Shown piece by piece: positions 11,564 to 23,631 of a DNA stretch of 64,000 nucleotides. Numbering within the stretch: the stretch's first letter is position 1; every line of letters begins with the position of its first letter. Under the pieces are notes generated by a model. It did not search any database, was not told the origin of the DNA, and saw only the letters and a list, made by a program, of their open reading frames with translations. The DNA comes from Elsinoe ampelina (lineage: Eukaryota), in contig ML992515.1 in assembly GCA_010093995.1 (NCBI GenBank), forward strand, positions 53,533-117,532. Direction: 5' to 3'. The translations under genes were made by a program, and so were the position numbers.

Positions 11564-12495
11564 CTACGAGTTGAGAGCAACGACCGTTTCAACAAATGAT
11601 GGCGAGTAGTTGGCATGATCCACCATGACTACATTCACCCCTTTGTGCTTCCACTCCTTCAGCTTGGTCTCCCACAAGGGGTTGACGTGCTTCCCGAGGT
11701 CCAGCAGGCTACTCGGATCGATCGACAACGGTATCATGCTATTCTTGAAAGTGCTCATACTTGGGGTGATGACACCCTGTAACACAAAGAACTTTTGCTC
11801 TTCATACGGCAATTGGCCCTCCAGATAGCTGACAACTCCGGATGAGTCCTGCGCATTCGGCCAGTTCGACTCGAGCTGGTCTCGCGGCCAAAGGAAATCG
11901 TTCTCCTTCACCGCTGTGACATCCGCATAGAAGACGACAATGCGGGATGCACCCTTCCAGAGCTCATCGAGCGTAACGTCAACTCCAAGATCGCTAGAGG
12001 CAAGTTTCTCGACGAATGTGCGCCGCAGAATGCCCACGAAGTGCTCATGCATAACATCGCCAAAACCGAAGAACTGCTGAAAGTCCAAGATGACAACCTC
12101 CTTGTCGTTTTCTGGCCGAGCGAGGAACTCACTCAATTGATGGAAGAGCTCGTCTGTCGAGGGTCCTACCAAGCCGTGGACGAATTTGTAGTTGCGCTCG
12201 CCTTTGAACCAAGGCATGAACGTCTCGACGCGGAGATCGAAGTAGCGTATCCCCGTCTCCAGCTGATCCATAAAGTTATTCGGTTGAGAAATGCACCATG
12301 GACGCTGCATGGCGCTTCGAATGTGCCTCTACCGATTACTCTGTCGAGCGTGGATAGAAGCCAGAATCCATCATGGGCTTGCTGGGAAGACGATGTGATG
12401 CCGTATGTCCCACTGTCGTGAGTACCGGGGAGAGCGACCTGGCGGAGCTTTTTTGGTCCGAGGTTTGCCGCCATATGGCCCATCCAGGGCGCCAT
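11564..12495 (-). pseudogene. PI-PLC X-domain (PLCXD-like) phosphodiesterase gene with an apparent 1-nt frameshift near 12312-12320
   Basis: N-part MAPWM...LPGTHDSGTY and C-part (QRPWCISQ..QLETGIRYFDLRV..FVHGL..KEVVILDF..VNVVMVDH) lie in different frames. ATG 12495 to stop 11564 spans 932 nt (3n-1), and no plausible intron restores the frame. Could be a sequencing error. Confidence 0.75.
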
Positions 12496-12808
12496 GTTGA
12501 TGGCGGGCGGTATCGACGTCGGGTCGTGATAACAGTGAGAGAGCTGTCTCCCATGGAGGAGCTCTGCAGCCGTTAGCGAGATTATAGCTTCATGTGGGTC
12601 CGCCTCCTCGTCCCTGCAGGACACTTTCACCCGTCAAAACCTCTCCAGTATGGAGCTTTTCTTCAGCGTATACATGCCTGAGGTCATCGTTGAAGTCTGA
12701 ATCGATCTACATCGGACTGTGAGTATCCCTGCGAGCAATGTTATCTAATATCATGTCCTACGTACACAGTTTCGCAATAACATGTAATCTAACCACCACC
12801 ACGTTCAG

Positions 12809-15698
12809 TCATCTCGGTCTCGACCCACGCCGCAACACACTCCCGATGGGCAACCGCTTATCCCTCTGCGTGATTATATCCATCGTCGAACGACTCGCGA
12901 GCTCAAACTCGCCCTTCACGGACCACCTCATCGTCGCCTTTGGTTTCAAGACATCCTTCTTCCCAAACTTCATCAGCATCGGCCTCGCAACTTTTACTTT
13001 GAGGAAACGCAGCGTGTTCTCGCGGAGTCGTCGAAAAGGTAGCGTCAATCGTCTCCAGCCTCTAGCTCTGCGCAGACCACGCCGAGCAGCGTCCTTGTCA
13101 GTCGTATTCATGTGCGATTGTAGGGCCCACTGGAGGGAGTCATCAGCATATGTGTCGTTCTAGGGCCCTTTCGAAGGATTGACTTACCTCCATGACGACA
13201 TAGATCATCCCGATAGCAATGACCGCGGTCCCGACCGCTGTGCTGGGACCCCAGTAATACGGTAATGACGGTATGTTCGTCTTCAGATGCTGGTTGAAGT
13301 CCAAGTAGCCGCCCTCTCCGAGCTCCCATGAGCTGGTCACGCACTCGCAGGTGCGATAGCCCCCGGATATTTGGGCGAAGACAATGTAGGCTAGCCATGC
13401 GGCGTTGCAGCATTCGAGGGGGATGAGAACGAACAGGCGGATCCAATCTCTGTCGTCAAAGGGATAGTACTGGACGAAGATATCTGGGTCGAGTCCTGTC
13501 TTGGTAGGTTTTATGTTGGCGTTGTTTGCCCCCTGGAAGAGTGATGCCAAGGTGCTTCTTCTCCTGGTGCCTTCGGGCACGGGATGTGTGGATGTTTGAC
13601 TCTCCTCCGGGTGCGCGATTGTGTCACTTGAGGATGTTTCTGATGATTCAGCCACAGAATCGTTGCGCGGCACGACCGGTGCTTGCGCTATAGAATTGTC
13701 GGCAAGCCTGTCGATCGAGATCAGATACTGGATCATCTCACGACTGAGGCGTAAGTCTGCGATCGAGCCGGATTCTGGTTCAGTGGAGGAGTGGCCATGA
13801 GAGTCGGGCATGTCGACAAGCTCCGTCGTCTGCTCCGTAGTATGTGTGCCTTCTCGTGGATGGTTTGTGTCGACTTGCTGCTGGCGCATAGCGGATATGA
13901 CGGATGCCTTGCGCTCCCTTACGGTGTCCGGCCTCTTCTCAAAGCGCCAAGCGACCAATTCCACGATGAGCAACAGGCATGATATAATGACAAAGATCAT
14001 ATATCCACCGCTACGGCATCCCAGTCCGACGGTCGGCGTGTTGTAAGACAGTACGAATGCACTAAAGCAACTCAGGCAGACAATGAGAAATGCAGCACTG
14101 ATCTGCCAGAGTTCTCGATAGTCCCACCAGATGAAACCATGACGATTTCTGGTATTGCCTAGGACAATGTTGACCCTCGCAACATCTTCGTCTATCAGCC
14201 AGTTGCGCACGCCGGGAGGCTTGCCTTCTTGACTCCCAACCCAGGCCTCTTCCATGGTGGACAGGATCGGATGGGCAACCCCGTAGTGCCAACGCTCCCG
14301 ACCCTGGCCGGCATAGGCGCCGAAGAAGTCAAATACACGTTGTTCCTCGGTGGTTGTACCGTCATGGGAGAGCTGGCCAGATTCAGGATCCGAACTTTCC
14401 GTGGTTGTCATAGGACTTTGAGTCGCGGCAGGCTCTGCTGCTGTCGGGCTATCGGCAGCAGGATCTCTCGCATTCGATGCGTCAACGTCTATCGCCGGGA
14501 CTCTCCGCTCGGACTGCGAGTTGCTATCTGCAGAGGGCCGCTCTGCAAGAGCAGTACAGAGTCGTCTAATTTGATGCAATTCTCGCCACACGTCTTTATG
14601 CTCGACACGGGCGGACCCATAATCGTACTTCGAAAGGACAAGCCACATGTAAGCGTAGAAGGTACGGTCGTCTAGGAAAGAGCGCGCAACGGATTTGACA
14701 AGCTTGTTGAGCTCGTTCAGGTTGCCTTCAGGATCGGTAGGGTTCCGATCAACGACAGTGCACAGGATAAGTACTGGCAGCCAACCAAGGAGGAGCCCAA
14801 GAGCAAGGTCATGAGCGGTCGCATTGGAGCCGATTTCGTTGAAAGCCGAATAGATGGAAAATGCCAATGCTATGACAAACCAGAGCATTGAAACGAACAC
14901 AGGCACTATGGCTCTCTTACGTGTTCGCCGCAACTTGTCAGCTGTTTTCTGCCGTGCTTCTGCCAGCTTCCACGGATGATCTTTACATCCATGATGATTT
15001 GACGAGAGCTCGAGATCGCTGCTGAATAGTACTATTCGCAGGAATGCTTCAGCTCGGCGGGTGACTTGCTCGTCTGACGAAGCCCCTCTTGGTTTGATGC
15101 GATTGATTGTATACTGATTCATAACACCGAGGAGATACAGGGAGTCCCGTACATCTTCATAGTCTTCTTTGACCTTGATGGCATCAGTCTTCTTCTTTCC
15201 CTGAAGGGCCTCGATTTGGTCCGTTGTTTTAGGCTCATCGAAAGCAACGGACATGTCAGCTACATGTGTCAGCATCACAGCGACGTGCGGATTGGATACG
15301 TACTCATCATAGCGCAAGTGCCCAGTACTCTGATGTTCCAAAGGATGTAGCTGAGCGAGACGATGGGAGATCCGATCCATCTCGCGATTACCAAAATAGT
15401 TTTCCAGCCCTTATTCGACTCATAAGGACCTTGAGCTCTGGTAACGTCAGTCTTGTAAGACTAGCTGGAACTTGGGAGTTTACAGGATACCCATGATGGG
15501 CAGGATCCACGTTGTGATCGTACTGGACGCCTCCTCAAAGGTATAGTAGTCTGGTGAAACACCACAGAGATCGCGACATCCTGCGTAGGTGATTTGCGAG
15601 CTCGGATTCTTACCGATGCGAGTCGCTTCGCCAGTGAAGGAGTAGTTTCCGTAGGGCCCATTCTTGAACTTTTCGAAGCATAGAGCAAAATTGGTCAT
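12809..15698 (-). CDS. Conserved fungal multi-pass membrane protein of unknown function; exons 15698-15484, 15437-15304, 15259-13188, 13129-12809
   Basis: Three canonical introns (15438-15483, 15260-15303, 13130-13187) join ORF fragments into one protein with several hydrophobic helices and motifs TAHDLALGLLLGWLPVLI..VDRNP, GQGRERWHYGVAHPIL and YNTPTVGLGCRSGGY. Confidence 0.82.
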
Positions 15699-16455
15699 GA
15701 TTGGTACAAGGAGGACAGTAGTGGAACAGAAAAGACGAAGGACTAATCCCCTCCAACAGCCACCCGGACTCACTTATATCCTTGATGCTCCGACCAGGAC
15801 TTCTGACAGAATACTCTGTCTGCAGGTTTGGTTGACGAGATTGAGATCGTCCGCATGGCAGTCTCTGAAATTCAGGCAAAGCTGACATGGCCGTTGTCGA
15901 GACAAAGGGGGGTTACACAGACCAAAGCAGGACCAGTAGGCTGCCTCACGGAAGGCCAGTCCATGTAGCTGGGTTCACTATTCCGGAGAGTGGTAAGCGC
16001 TGAGCGACAATGCAAAGGCCACTCGCCGAGACCAATTATCGCTAGCTCACTAGAATGTAGACGCCACCCTCTGCAGAGACACGTCATCCTCCTCGAAATC
16101 CAGTATGGCTGTTCGCGCGACGCACCAATAGTGGACGCGATCGCACGGCAGAGGCGTGGGATGAGACCGGTTGTGCGCAAAATGCGTGTCTATGTACCAG
16201 CAGTGCAGAGGAATGCATCACCTAACTCAGCTGTAAAAGAAGCAAGTCTAAAATTTCGAGATTCAAGATAAGTGCAGGTGGAAATCAAAGATGGGGAAAA
16301 GCAGTTGGAAAATTGGGTGGGATGCTCTGCCTTGCCTTTGCCGAGGTCATCACCGCCTCATTGCATTTGAACTACCGCTCGAAGTATTATGCGTGAGTGG
16401 AATGCTCTAGTATTCCTCAGCCTCTCCCGAGTATCTCAAGACCATGCCCACTTCA

Positions 16456-18324
16456 TCACGACCTCAATATCACCCCATCCCCCTCCTGCTCCAACCTCAC
16501 ACTCACCCCCTTCGCCCTCCTCGCCCTCTCCCCCAACCTTCCCGTCCCCACCATCTCCCTCGCCTCCCCATCCAACCCAAAACACAACAACGCCAACGCA
16601 CTACTCTTCCACACCTCCACACCCCCCCTCCTACTCCTCCACACCGCCAACCCCAAAAACAACCCCGTCAAAACCACCGTCGCCACCGGCACCGCGACAA
16701 ACCCCCACCTCACATGCACAAAACTCTGCCACGCCCACGCCTGCCCCTCATGCGGCACCGCGCCGACAAAACTCCTCATGGCGACCGTCATGCTGGTCGC
16801 GAGATCGGACATGAGCCGCTCGATGCCGGACGGGTGTTCGTAGTACATCCAGTAGAAAGCGGTGGTGATGTCCGTGTCGAAGAAGGTCATGCCGGAGCTG
16901 ACGCCGACGGTGAGGTTGACGAGGACGTTGCCGTTTTGGATCGGGGGAGGGGTGGAGCGGGTGGCGGAGCCGGAGCGGAAGAGGGTGGAGAACCAGGCTT
17001 CGAGGGCGAGTTTGCTGCCTGAGGCGAGGAGGAAGGTGGTGTTGGTTGTTGGGCTGGTGAGGGTGAGAGGGGGAGGGTTCGACGTGGAGACGCTGGAGAT
17101 GACGGTTGTGTTGGTCTGGGTGGAGAGGAGGCGTTCGGTGAGGATGCCGTTCGTGACGCTGGATTGGAGGGTTTGGATGCAGGCGGAGAGTGTGCATTGT
17201 TGGGCCCAGGGGTTGAGGACGTCAGAGAAGGTGCGTGATTCGGTGCCCATGAAGGTTAGACGCATGAGGGTGGAGTAGGGTAGACTTCCGGTGGATGCTC
17301 CGAAGGTCGGTGTCATGCTGAAGACGTCGCTGCTTGTGTTGAGTGAGGCACTACGGCCTGGCAGTTCCCAGCCGCAGCTGGTAACATTGCCGTCCTCGGG
17401 AACCCCTTCCTGGCAGTATCGTGTCATAATCTGAGACATATCGACGCAGGAGGTGCAGATGCCCAATGTCTCGAAGGGTGTAAAGGTACAATTTCCGGTC
17501 GAGCATGTGACGTTCAGTGCGGCTCCTGGATCATTGCTCTCAGCAAAGAGTCCCGAGTAGACTGCACTTTTCATCGGCAAGATGGGCACAAAGCCATTAG
17601 ATGAGCTTAGACCTGGTAGGTAACCCGTGTAGTTGAGTGCTCGTGGGATGGCAGCGCCATTGGCCACCTCAACCATACGTGATCGATAGGTAGAGATCTG
17701 CTGAGCAAAGGGACCAAGACTGAGAGCTATGATCGCCAGCACGGCGCCGAATGAGCCATAGATTCCGCCTCTTCTCTTGACAAGAAGCTTTAGAGCACCC
17801 CAGGTACCTCGTGAAGCCTCATCATAGACTTCCATGTCGGCAAGAGGTGTGCGTCCGGCCTTGAAGCGGATCCATTTGAGCTGCGAAAGGCCACTCTGCA
17901 GAGGCACAGCTAGATTGGCATTGGCGATGGTCGCGGGAAGAGCAATCAGCGCGCTGAGGGTGATATCGTAAGGCCAGTCAGGTAGTGCTCTGCCATCGAA
18001 ATGTCCAAGGGTACCAATGATACCGCCGAGGGCAGCCGTGGCAGTGACAAGACTGATGATCTCGAGAGTCCACGACTCCGATTGCAATAGCTTCGAAGGC
18101 GTCTTCGAGGCCCGAGTCGTCTCGCGAGATAGCTTCTGCTTCTCTGCAGAGTCGATGGATTCGTTCTCACTCCATCGCAGTGTGTCTGTGCGAGGGGTGT
18201 TGGTCCCCGGATTGACCTCTGTAATGTTGACCTCTTCATATGACTTTCTTTGGGCACCGCCGTCGTATGCTGTATCTTCGTGGATGATAGCCACTTCAGG
18301 ACCATGGACAGGACTGTAGGACAT
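16456..18324 (-). CDS. DUF3176 family membrane protein; intronless
   Basis: SWTLEI..., DGRALPDWP..I, GLSQLKW, YDEASRGTWGA, PFAQQ, CSTGNCTF, FVHVRW and VWKSSALALL motifs. First ATG at 18324. Confidence 0.88.
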   Translation of the reverse strand: MSYSPVHGPEVAIIHEDTAYDGGAQRKSYEEVNITEVNPGTNTPRTDTLRWSENESIDSAEKQKLSRETTRASKTPSKLLQSESWTLEIISLVTATAALGGIIGTLGHFDGRALPDWPYDITLSALIALPATIANANLAVPLQSGLSQLKWIRFKAGRTPLADMEVYDEASRGTWGALKLLVKRRGGIYGSFGAVLAIIALSLGPFAQQISTYRSRMVEVANGAAIPRALNYTGYLPGLSSSNGFVPILPMKSAVYSGLFAESNDPGAALNVTCSTGNCTFTPFETLGICTSCVDMSQIMTRYCQEGVPEDGNVTSCGWELPGRSASLNTSSDVFSMTPTFGASTGSLPYSTLMRLTFMGTESRTFSDVLNPWAQQCTLSACIQTLQSSVTNGILTERLLSTQTNTTVISSVSTSNPPPLTLTSPTTNTTFLLASGSKLALEAWFSTLFRSGSATRSTPPPIQNGNVLVNLTVGVSSGMTFFDTDITTAFYWMYYEHPSGIERLMSDLATSMTVAMRSFVGAVPHEGQAWAWQSFVHVRWGFVAVPVATVVLTGLFLGLAVWRSRRGGVEVWKSSALALLCFGLDGEAREMVGTGRLGERARRAKGVSVRLEQEGDGVILRS

Positions 18325-19112
18325 GTTGGGAAGAAATGAATACAGGAAAGATAATGCTGAACAAGGACTGGTTAATAATATGTAGAACGAGAAAGGAGGC
18401 ACGAAATTTTGAAGTAGTGACTGAGTGCTATCGTAGTTGCTCGCAGCATACTTAACAACATGCGATATCTCAGCTCCTTTCTCTGCTTCAATGCTGATGG
18501 TGTAGACTCTGCATAAGCCACATTAACAGCTCGACTTGACCTACGACTGGATCAGCTCAAGATCAACGCTGAATCGGTTATCGGACCAATATGAAGGCTA
18601 GTACTGCTGCTTGCTAGATTGACTGCAGCGAATGTCGCCCGGAAGAGCTGATAGTAAGCACGGAAGTGGTGATAGCTGTAGAGGTGGTGTGAAGGTCTAG
18701 ATCTGCATTAGCGTGCGGCTGAGGTCAAGCTGGACTTTGTCATGAGATCCTGCTCTGCTTCTCCCGCTGTCCTTCGAGCGGGGTAGCAGCTATTGTTATC
18801 TTGAGGAGGCCATTGAAGGATGGGAATAGATTGGTGTCAGAACAACAGGAAGATAAGATTCGATGTCGGCTGTCGGCGATCAAGCAGCCGCGGTCACGTG
18901 TATCGTTACTGACCCCAGCCCGTGGTCTTACAGCATGTGTCATTCGCTAATATGTGGCATTGTTGACAACAATTGCTGACCTCTCCATAGTGTGAACAAA
19001 TGAAAAGTCGTAAATTGAGGTAGGTATCTGTCTCGCTATCAAAAACGACAAACGCCCATGCAATTTGTCCAGGAATGCAACGCCCCAGCAACAACTGAAC
19101 AATGCTGATCTC

Positions 19113-20516
19113 TTATTTCCACCCCAAGCTCATCAAGATGGCTTTCACTTCTTTGTCCGGCATCGTAGATAACCCAAGTGCTCTCACTTGACTGCCTTTT
19201 CGAAGTCTTTGCAACCCGGTATCGACCTTCCATTGCTCTCCCGACGTCAGGACGAAGACGTATCGTTTGCCTTCTGCATCTCGAGGTGTAGCGCGAAAGA
19301 CGCAGATGTCGTCGATTCGTCCAATCTGTCAATTGTCAGTCTAAGATATCTCGGCATAGTGATGAAGACTTACCTCGAGCAGCTTCAAACTCCAGGCCTT
19401 GACGTCCCACTCTCTCTGACCAACGCCTCGCACATCATCATCGATGAAAAGACCTTCAGTAGCGATTCTCAAGATCAGGCCGTCGCTCACTCCACCCCGA
19501 TCTTTCTCCAACATGCTTGTCGGCTTCAACCCGAAAGCATTCGTGAAAACATACACGCCCAACAAGACCACCTTGTTGACATCGTCGGTCTTATAAGGGC
19601 CCCTGTTCTTGGGTGGAGGAGTTGTTCTAGCAGTGCTCATGCTCGCTGCATAGCTACTTTCGCTCCTACCACTGACGCTACTCGCACCATCCGAAGCAAA
19701 AGGCGGCTTAAAGTGCGAGAAGTAATCGGAATCCGTCCCGACAGATTGCGCAGTGGGCTTCTCATACTTTCTGGCACCCGCTGGATCACCACCAGCTTTG
19801 TTCGCAGCATCTCGGGCTGCTCGATCTTTGGCTATTTTCTCCCGAGCCAGACGCTCACGAGCGTCCTTCTCCCGCGCCCGCTGTTGTTCCCATCGCTCTT
19901 TCTCGGCGGCTGCCTTTGCTGCTTTCTCGGCCTCTGCAGCTTTTCTTGCCGCCTCTTCTTGTCGCGCTTTGAGGTCGTCGGCTTTCTTGCGCTCCTCGGC
20001 TCGTTGTCGTGTTTGCTCTTTCGCTTTCTCCCAAGATGATTGGGCTGTGCCGTTTGGACGTGGAGGGGATGTGTACGTTGGACCACCGGGCGATGTCCTT
20101 GGTGCAGGACCGCCTCGAGGAGGTGTGGCATTTGCGCCGGATGAGTATGTGAAGTTAGGACCGGAGCCGGAACCAGGACCTGACGAAGAGGGAAATGTGG
20201 ACTCGGTTGACGTTCGACCAAATGAGAATGCGGCGCCCACAGCTGCTAGACAGAGAAGAATGCCGATGCCTGAGTTGAGGGATGCAAGAGTTTGTGAGAG
20301 GGCTGGGACAAGGATGTTGTAGATGCCAACCGCCAACAGCGCGGAGCAGAATCCAGCGATAAAGGAATTGATGTTTGGTTTAAGGGAAGGTAGGTATAGG
20401 AAGCCCGAGCCAGCAGAATGTGGAGGTATGATGAATATGTCGTAATTGCCGTTGGGGAGCGGGGAGGATTTTGCATTGGCGCCGTGAGGAGGAGGTGGTG
20501 GAGGCGCTTCCGCCAT
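19113..20516 (-). CDS. Conserved Pezizomycotina protein (two TM helices, charged coiled coil, conserved C-terminal domain); exons 20516-19374, 19325-19113
   Basis: YDIFIIPPHSAGSGFLYLPSL and DGLILRI..EGLFIDDDVRGV.QREWDVKAW motifs. Intron 19326-19373 (GTAAGT..CTGAC..CAG) adds a final exon ending LGWK*. Confidence 0.85.
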
Positions 20517-21512
20517 GACGGTGAGTCTATACTCGCTCGGGGTATGATTGTTGTCGACAGTCTATCGCACTAATTTTTGCTCTGTCGTACCGTCCTCGAG
20601 ACATTCTGTGTTGCTGTCACGAAGTATGCGGCAGCATGCTCCACCCTATGCGCAACGGTCGGTATCGATTGTCTTTGAACAGCCTCGGGGAACAGGTGTT
20701 CCTGCAACTTTCAATAACGGGTATGTACCTGTCCTTCTCTTGACCTGTTTTTGGCGTATGAGCTGAAGTAGGCTGTACAGGGGCCGGCTGTCAAAGTTGA
20801 GCTTTCTGTAAAGTGCGATGCGAAAAGTGAGGTGGTCCGGGGAAAGATGATGTTTCGAAAGATGCAAAATTGTGGAAACAGGGCACAAAATCGAGCCAAG
20901 ACCACCTTGACTACAGTCACGATCATATGTCTGAATTGCGGTGAACGATCTGCATCATTTGACTACCATTCGTGGGGCGATTTTGTACTACAGCTAATGA
21001 TACCGCAAAGCAGACGTCGGATAAACACTGCTTCTCGTCGCGGACTGAAAGATCATTGCATGCTTGCCAGCACATATTTGCATGCATATTGACCAATCAA
21101 GCAAAGACGGACACTTTTCCATCTCTCATTTGCCAGCATCTCATGCAGGTCTTGTGTGAATGGCGCTTACCGAAGCCAATGATGCGTGCGCCTGACAAAG
21201 ATGTGGTTGGATGTTGATCAGCACAAAATCGACCAGGCAACGGGACCCAAATTTGACAAGCCTTGGCATAGCCTCGTGACGTCTTGCTCACTCTCAAACT
21301 CCGATCATAACTCCGCGAAAGTGGAACCGCGGAAAGAGACGCGTGAATCGGGTCTTCTAGGCTCCAGCTCGTTCCAACCTGCTGAGGTTCCCGTCTCCTG
21401 ATCCCTTCCACCGTTCCCTCAACCCGTCGCTCAACCACATCATCCGGCTCTTGTCCCGGACACGCAACTTCCTCACATGACATGCACAAAGCAATCATGA
21501 CCTCTTTGGCCA

Positions 21513-23417
21513 ATGCCAGCGGTCTCTCCTGGCCGGCGCACCCCGGTGCGTCGCCGTGACTCTACATCGCCGATCGAGCTTGACCGCTTACATACAACTC
21601 CCCCGGATCCAGAAAACGAATCCGATATTGACGACGAGGGGCTTGTGATAACCCCACCACAAAGTTCAGAGTCTTTTGATTCTTCAAACGACAAGATGAG
21701 GGACCGAGACACGACTATCGAGCGGAGGGTACGAATGAAGCTGGACTTTATTCTACTACCATTCCTTTCACTATTATTTCTCTTCAACTCTCTGGATAAA
21801 TCCAACATTGGTAGTGCAGAGACTGGACACTTTACAAAAGACACTGGATTGCCTGCAGAAGCACTGAATGTGTCAGTAGCCTTCTTCTTTGCTGCATTCG
21901 TCACTTTGCAGCCCGTAGGTGCCGCCCTCGGTCGCAAGTATGGCATGGCGAGATACGTACCGACGTGTATGGCTCTGTGGGGACTCTGCACTTCAGCACA
22001 CATCTTTATTACCAAGGAATGGCAGTTGGTGTTACTGCGGACGACCGTTGGCATACTCGAGGCTGGCTTCTACCCTACGACCGTCAGCTATCTCAGCCTG
22101 TTCTACACGAGATTCGAGTTTGCAAAGAGATTGGGCATGTTCTATGGACAAGCGGCTGTAGCAGGTGCCATGGGAGGTCTGTTATCGTGGGCTGTCTTCC
22201 GTCAATTTCCAGACTCTCCTTCTCCATCCGGTCCACCTGGTCCTCACGTCTTCGAGGCGGCACAGTCTGGTGGTTGGAAGAGTTGGCAGGTGTTGTTCTT
22301 GATCGAGGGCATGGCAACGATGGTTATTGCCCTGATAGGATTCGTTTGGCTGCCACACAGTGCGGATACGGCATGGTTCTTGTCCAAAGAGGAACGAATT
22401 TGTGCTGAACAGAGAATCCGCCAGGATCGCTTGGACGCATCCGTTCATGACAGCAACGACCACAAACACATGAGTTATGATGGACAAGGGGTAGAAAGGA
22501 CTAGTCGCGACCGTCGCAATTCTGACGACGCGGAAGAAATATCACGACTACTTCCACGACCAGACTTGTCCCAAATGAGAGGCCGGTCGACTGTCTCTAC
22601 TCACAGCGTGACGAACGACAAAGGTCTTTCAAAAGCAGATATACTCTCAGCTTTACTGGACTGGAAGGTGTGGTATCTACTGGTCTGCAATATCCTCTCG
22701 GCAATCCCCGCAACTGCCTTCTCGGTATTCCTACCCATGGTCGTCAAGGGATTGGCACACAAGCCGAACAGTGCCCCTGGCGAGAAGGACATGGCACCCG
22801 CAACAGCGAATCTCCTGACCGTCCCACCGTTCCTGGCAGGCGCGCTGATCCTCTGGACGTTCACAGCCTGGTCTGACAGACGAAGAGAACGTCTTGTACC
22901 TATACTTTGTGGGCTGGTCATTCTGCTCGCGGGACTCACTGCAACAGTCTTGTTACCGCAAACGGCCTACACGCTCCGTTACTTTGCTCTCATCGTCCTC
23001 CTCGCCGGCAGCTTCGTCCCTTCACCGCTCACTGTCGCTTGGCTTACCAATAACATGCTCGAGCCAGGCAAGCGCGCCATCGTCCTCGGAATAAATGGTT
23101 GGGGCAATCTCGCAGGAGTTCTGTCAGCCATGCTCTTCTCGCCTAGATTCCGCGATAGCGGGTACATCGTCCCGTTCTTCATCACCCTGGCTTGTGTTGG
23201 CGTGAGTTTCGTCGGATTCGCAGGGTTTAGGATTTTGATTTTACAGATCAACCAGCAGAGGGAGGAAACAATCAAGGGCTGGGATTACGAGCAGAGAGAG
23301 AGGGAACAGAAGTTTGGTGATGTAGGAGGGCACAGAACGAGCTGGATAGATCGACTGTATGGTGAGGAGAGAAAGAGGGAAGGCGATGAGCGGTTGACAT
23401 TCTTGTATGGCTTGTGA
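21513..23417 (+). CDS. MFS transporter, anion:cation symporter (Dal5/Tna1 allantoate/nicotinate) family; intronless
   Basis: KLDFILLP..LFNSLDKSNIG, GILEAGFYP..YLSLFYTRFE..KR and WQVLFLIEG motifs, with about 12 hydrophobic segments. Confidence 0.93.
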   Translation: MPAVSPGRRTPVRRRDSTSPIELDRLHTTPPDPENESDIDDEGLVITPPQSSESFDSSNDKMRDRDTTIERRVRMKLDFILLPFLSLLFLFNSLDKSNIGSAETGHFTKDTGLPAEALNVSVAFFFAAFVTLQPVGAALGRKYGMARYVPTCMALWGLCTSAHIFITKEWQLVLLRTTVGILEAGFYPTTVSYLSLFYTRFEFAKRLGMFYGQAAVAGAMGGLLSWAVFRQFPDSPSPSGPPGPHVFEAAQSGGWKSWQVLFLIEGMATMVIALIGFVWLPHSADTAWFLSKEERICAEQRIRQDRLDASVHDSNDHKHMSYDGQGVERTSRDRRNSDDAEEISRLLPRPDLSQMRGRSTVSTHSVTNDKGLSKADILSALLDWKVWYLLVCNILSAIPATAFSVFLPMVVKGLAHKPNSAPGEKDMAPATANLLTVPPFLAGALILWTFTAWSDRRRERLVPILCGLVILLAGLTATVLLPQTAYTLRYFALIVLLAGSFVPSPLTVAWLTNNMLEPGKRAIVLGINGWGNLAGVLSAMLFSPRFRDSGYIVPFFITLACVGVSFVGFAGFRILILQINQQREETIKGWDYEQREREQKFGDVGGHRTSWIDRLYGEERKREGDERLTFLYGL

Positions 23418-23631
23418 GCATAACCTAGCGATGATCCAATCAGACACGTCTGAATGCTTAGCAACGTGGACAGGGGGGCGTTTCGGTTTAGCAGAGCAGG
23501 TCGCTCTAGTATAATGAATCCACGAATGCCATCTAATGCAGTTTGGCCACTTTATCAGCCATCTATGAACATCACCTCCCTCTCTTTCTGAAGACTTCTG
23601 TGCAATTCCACATGTTCCTTAGTTTTCTTCT

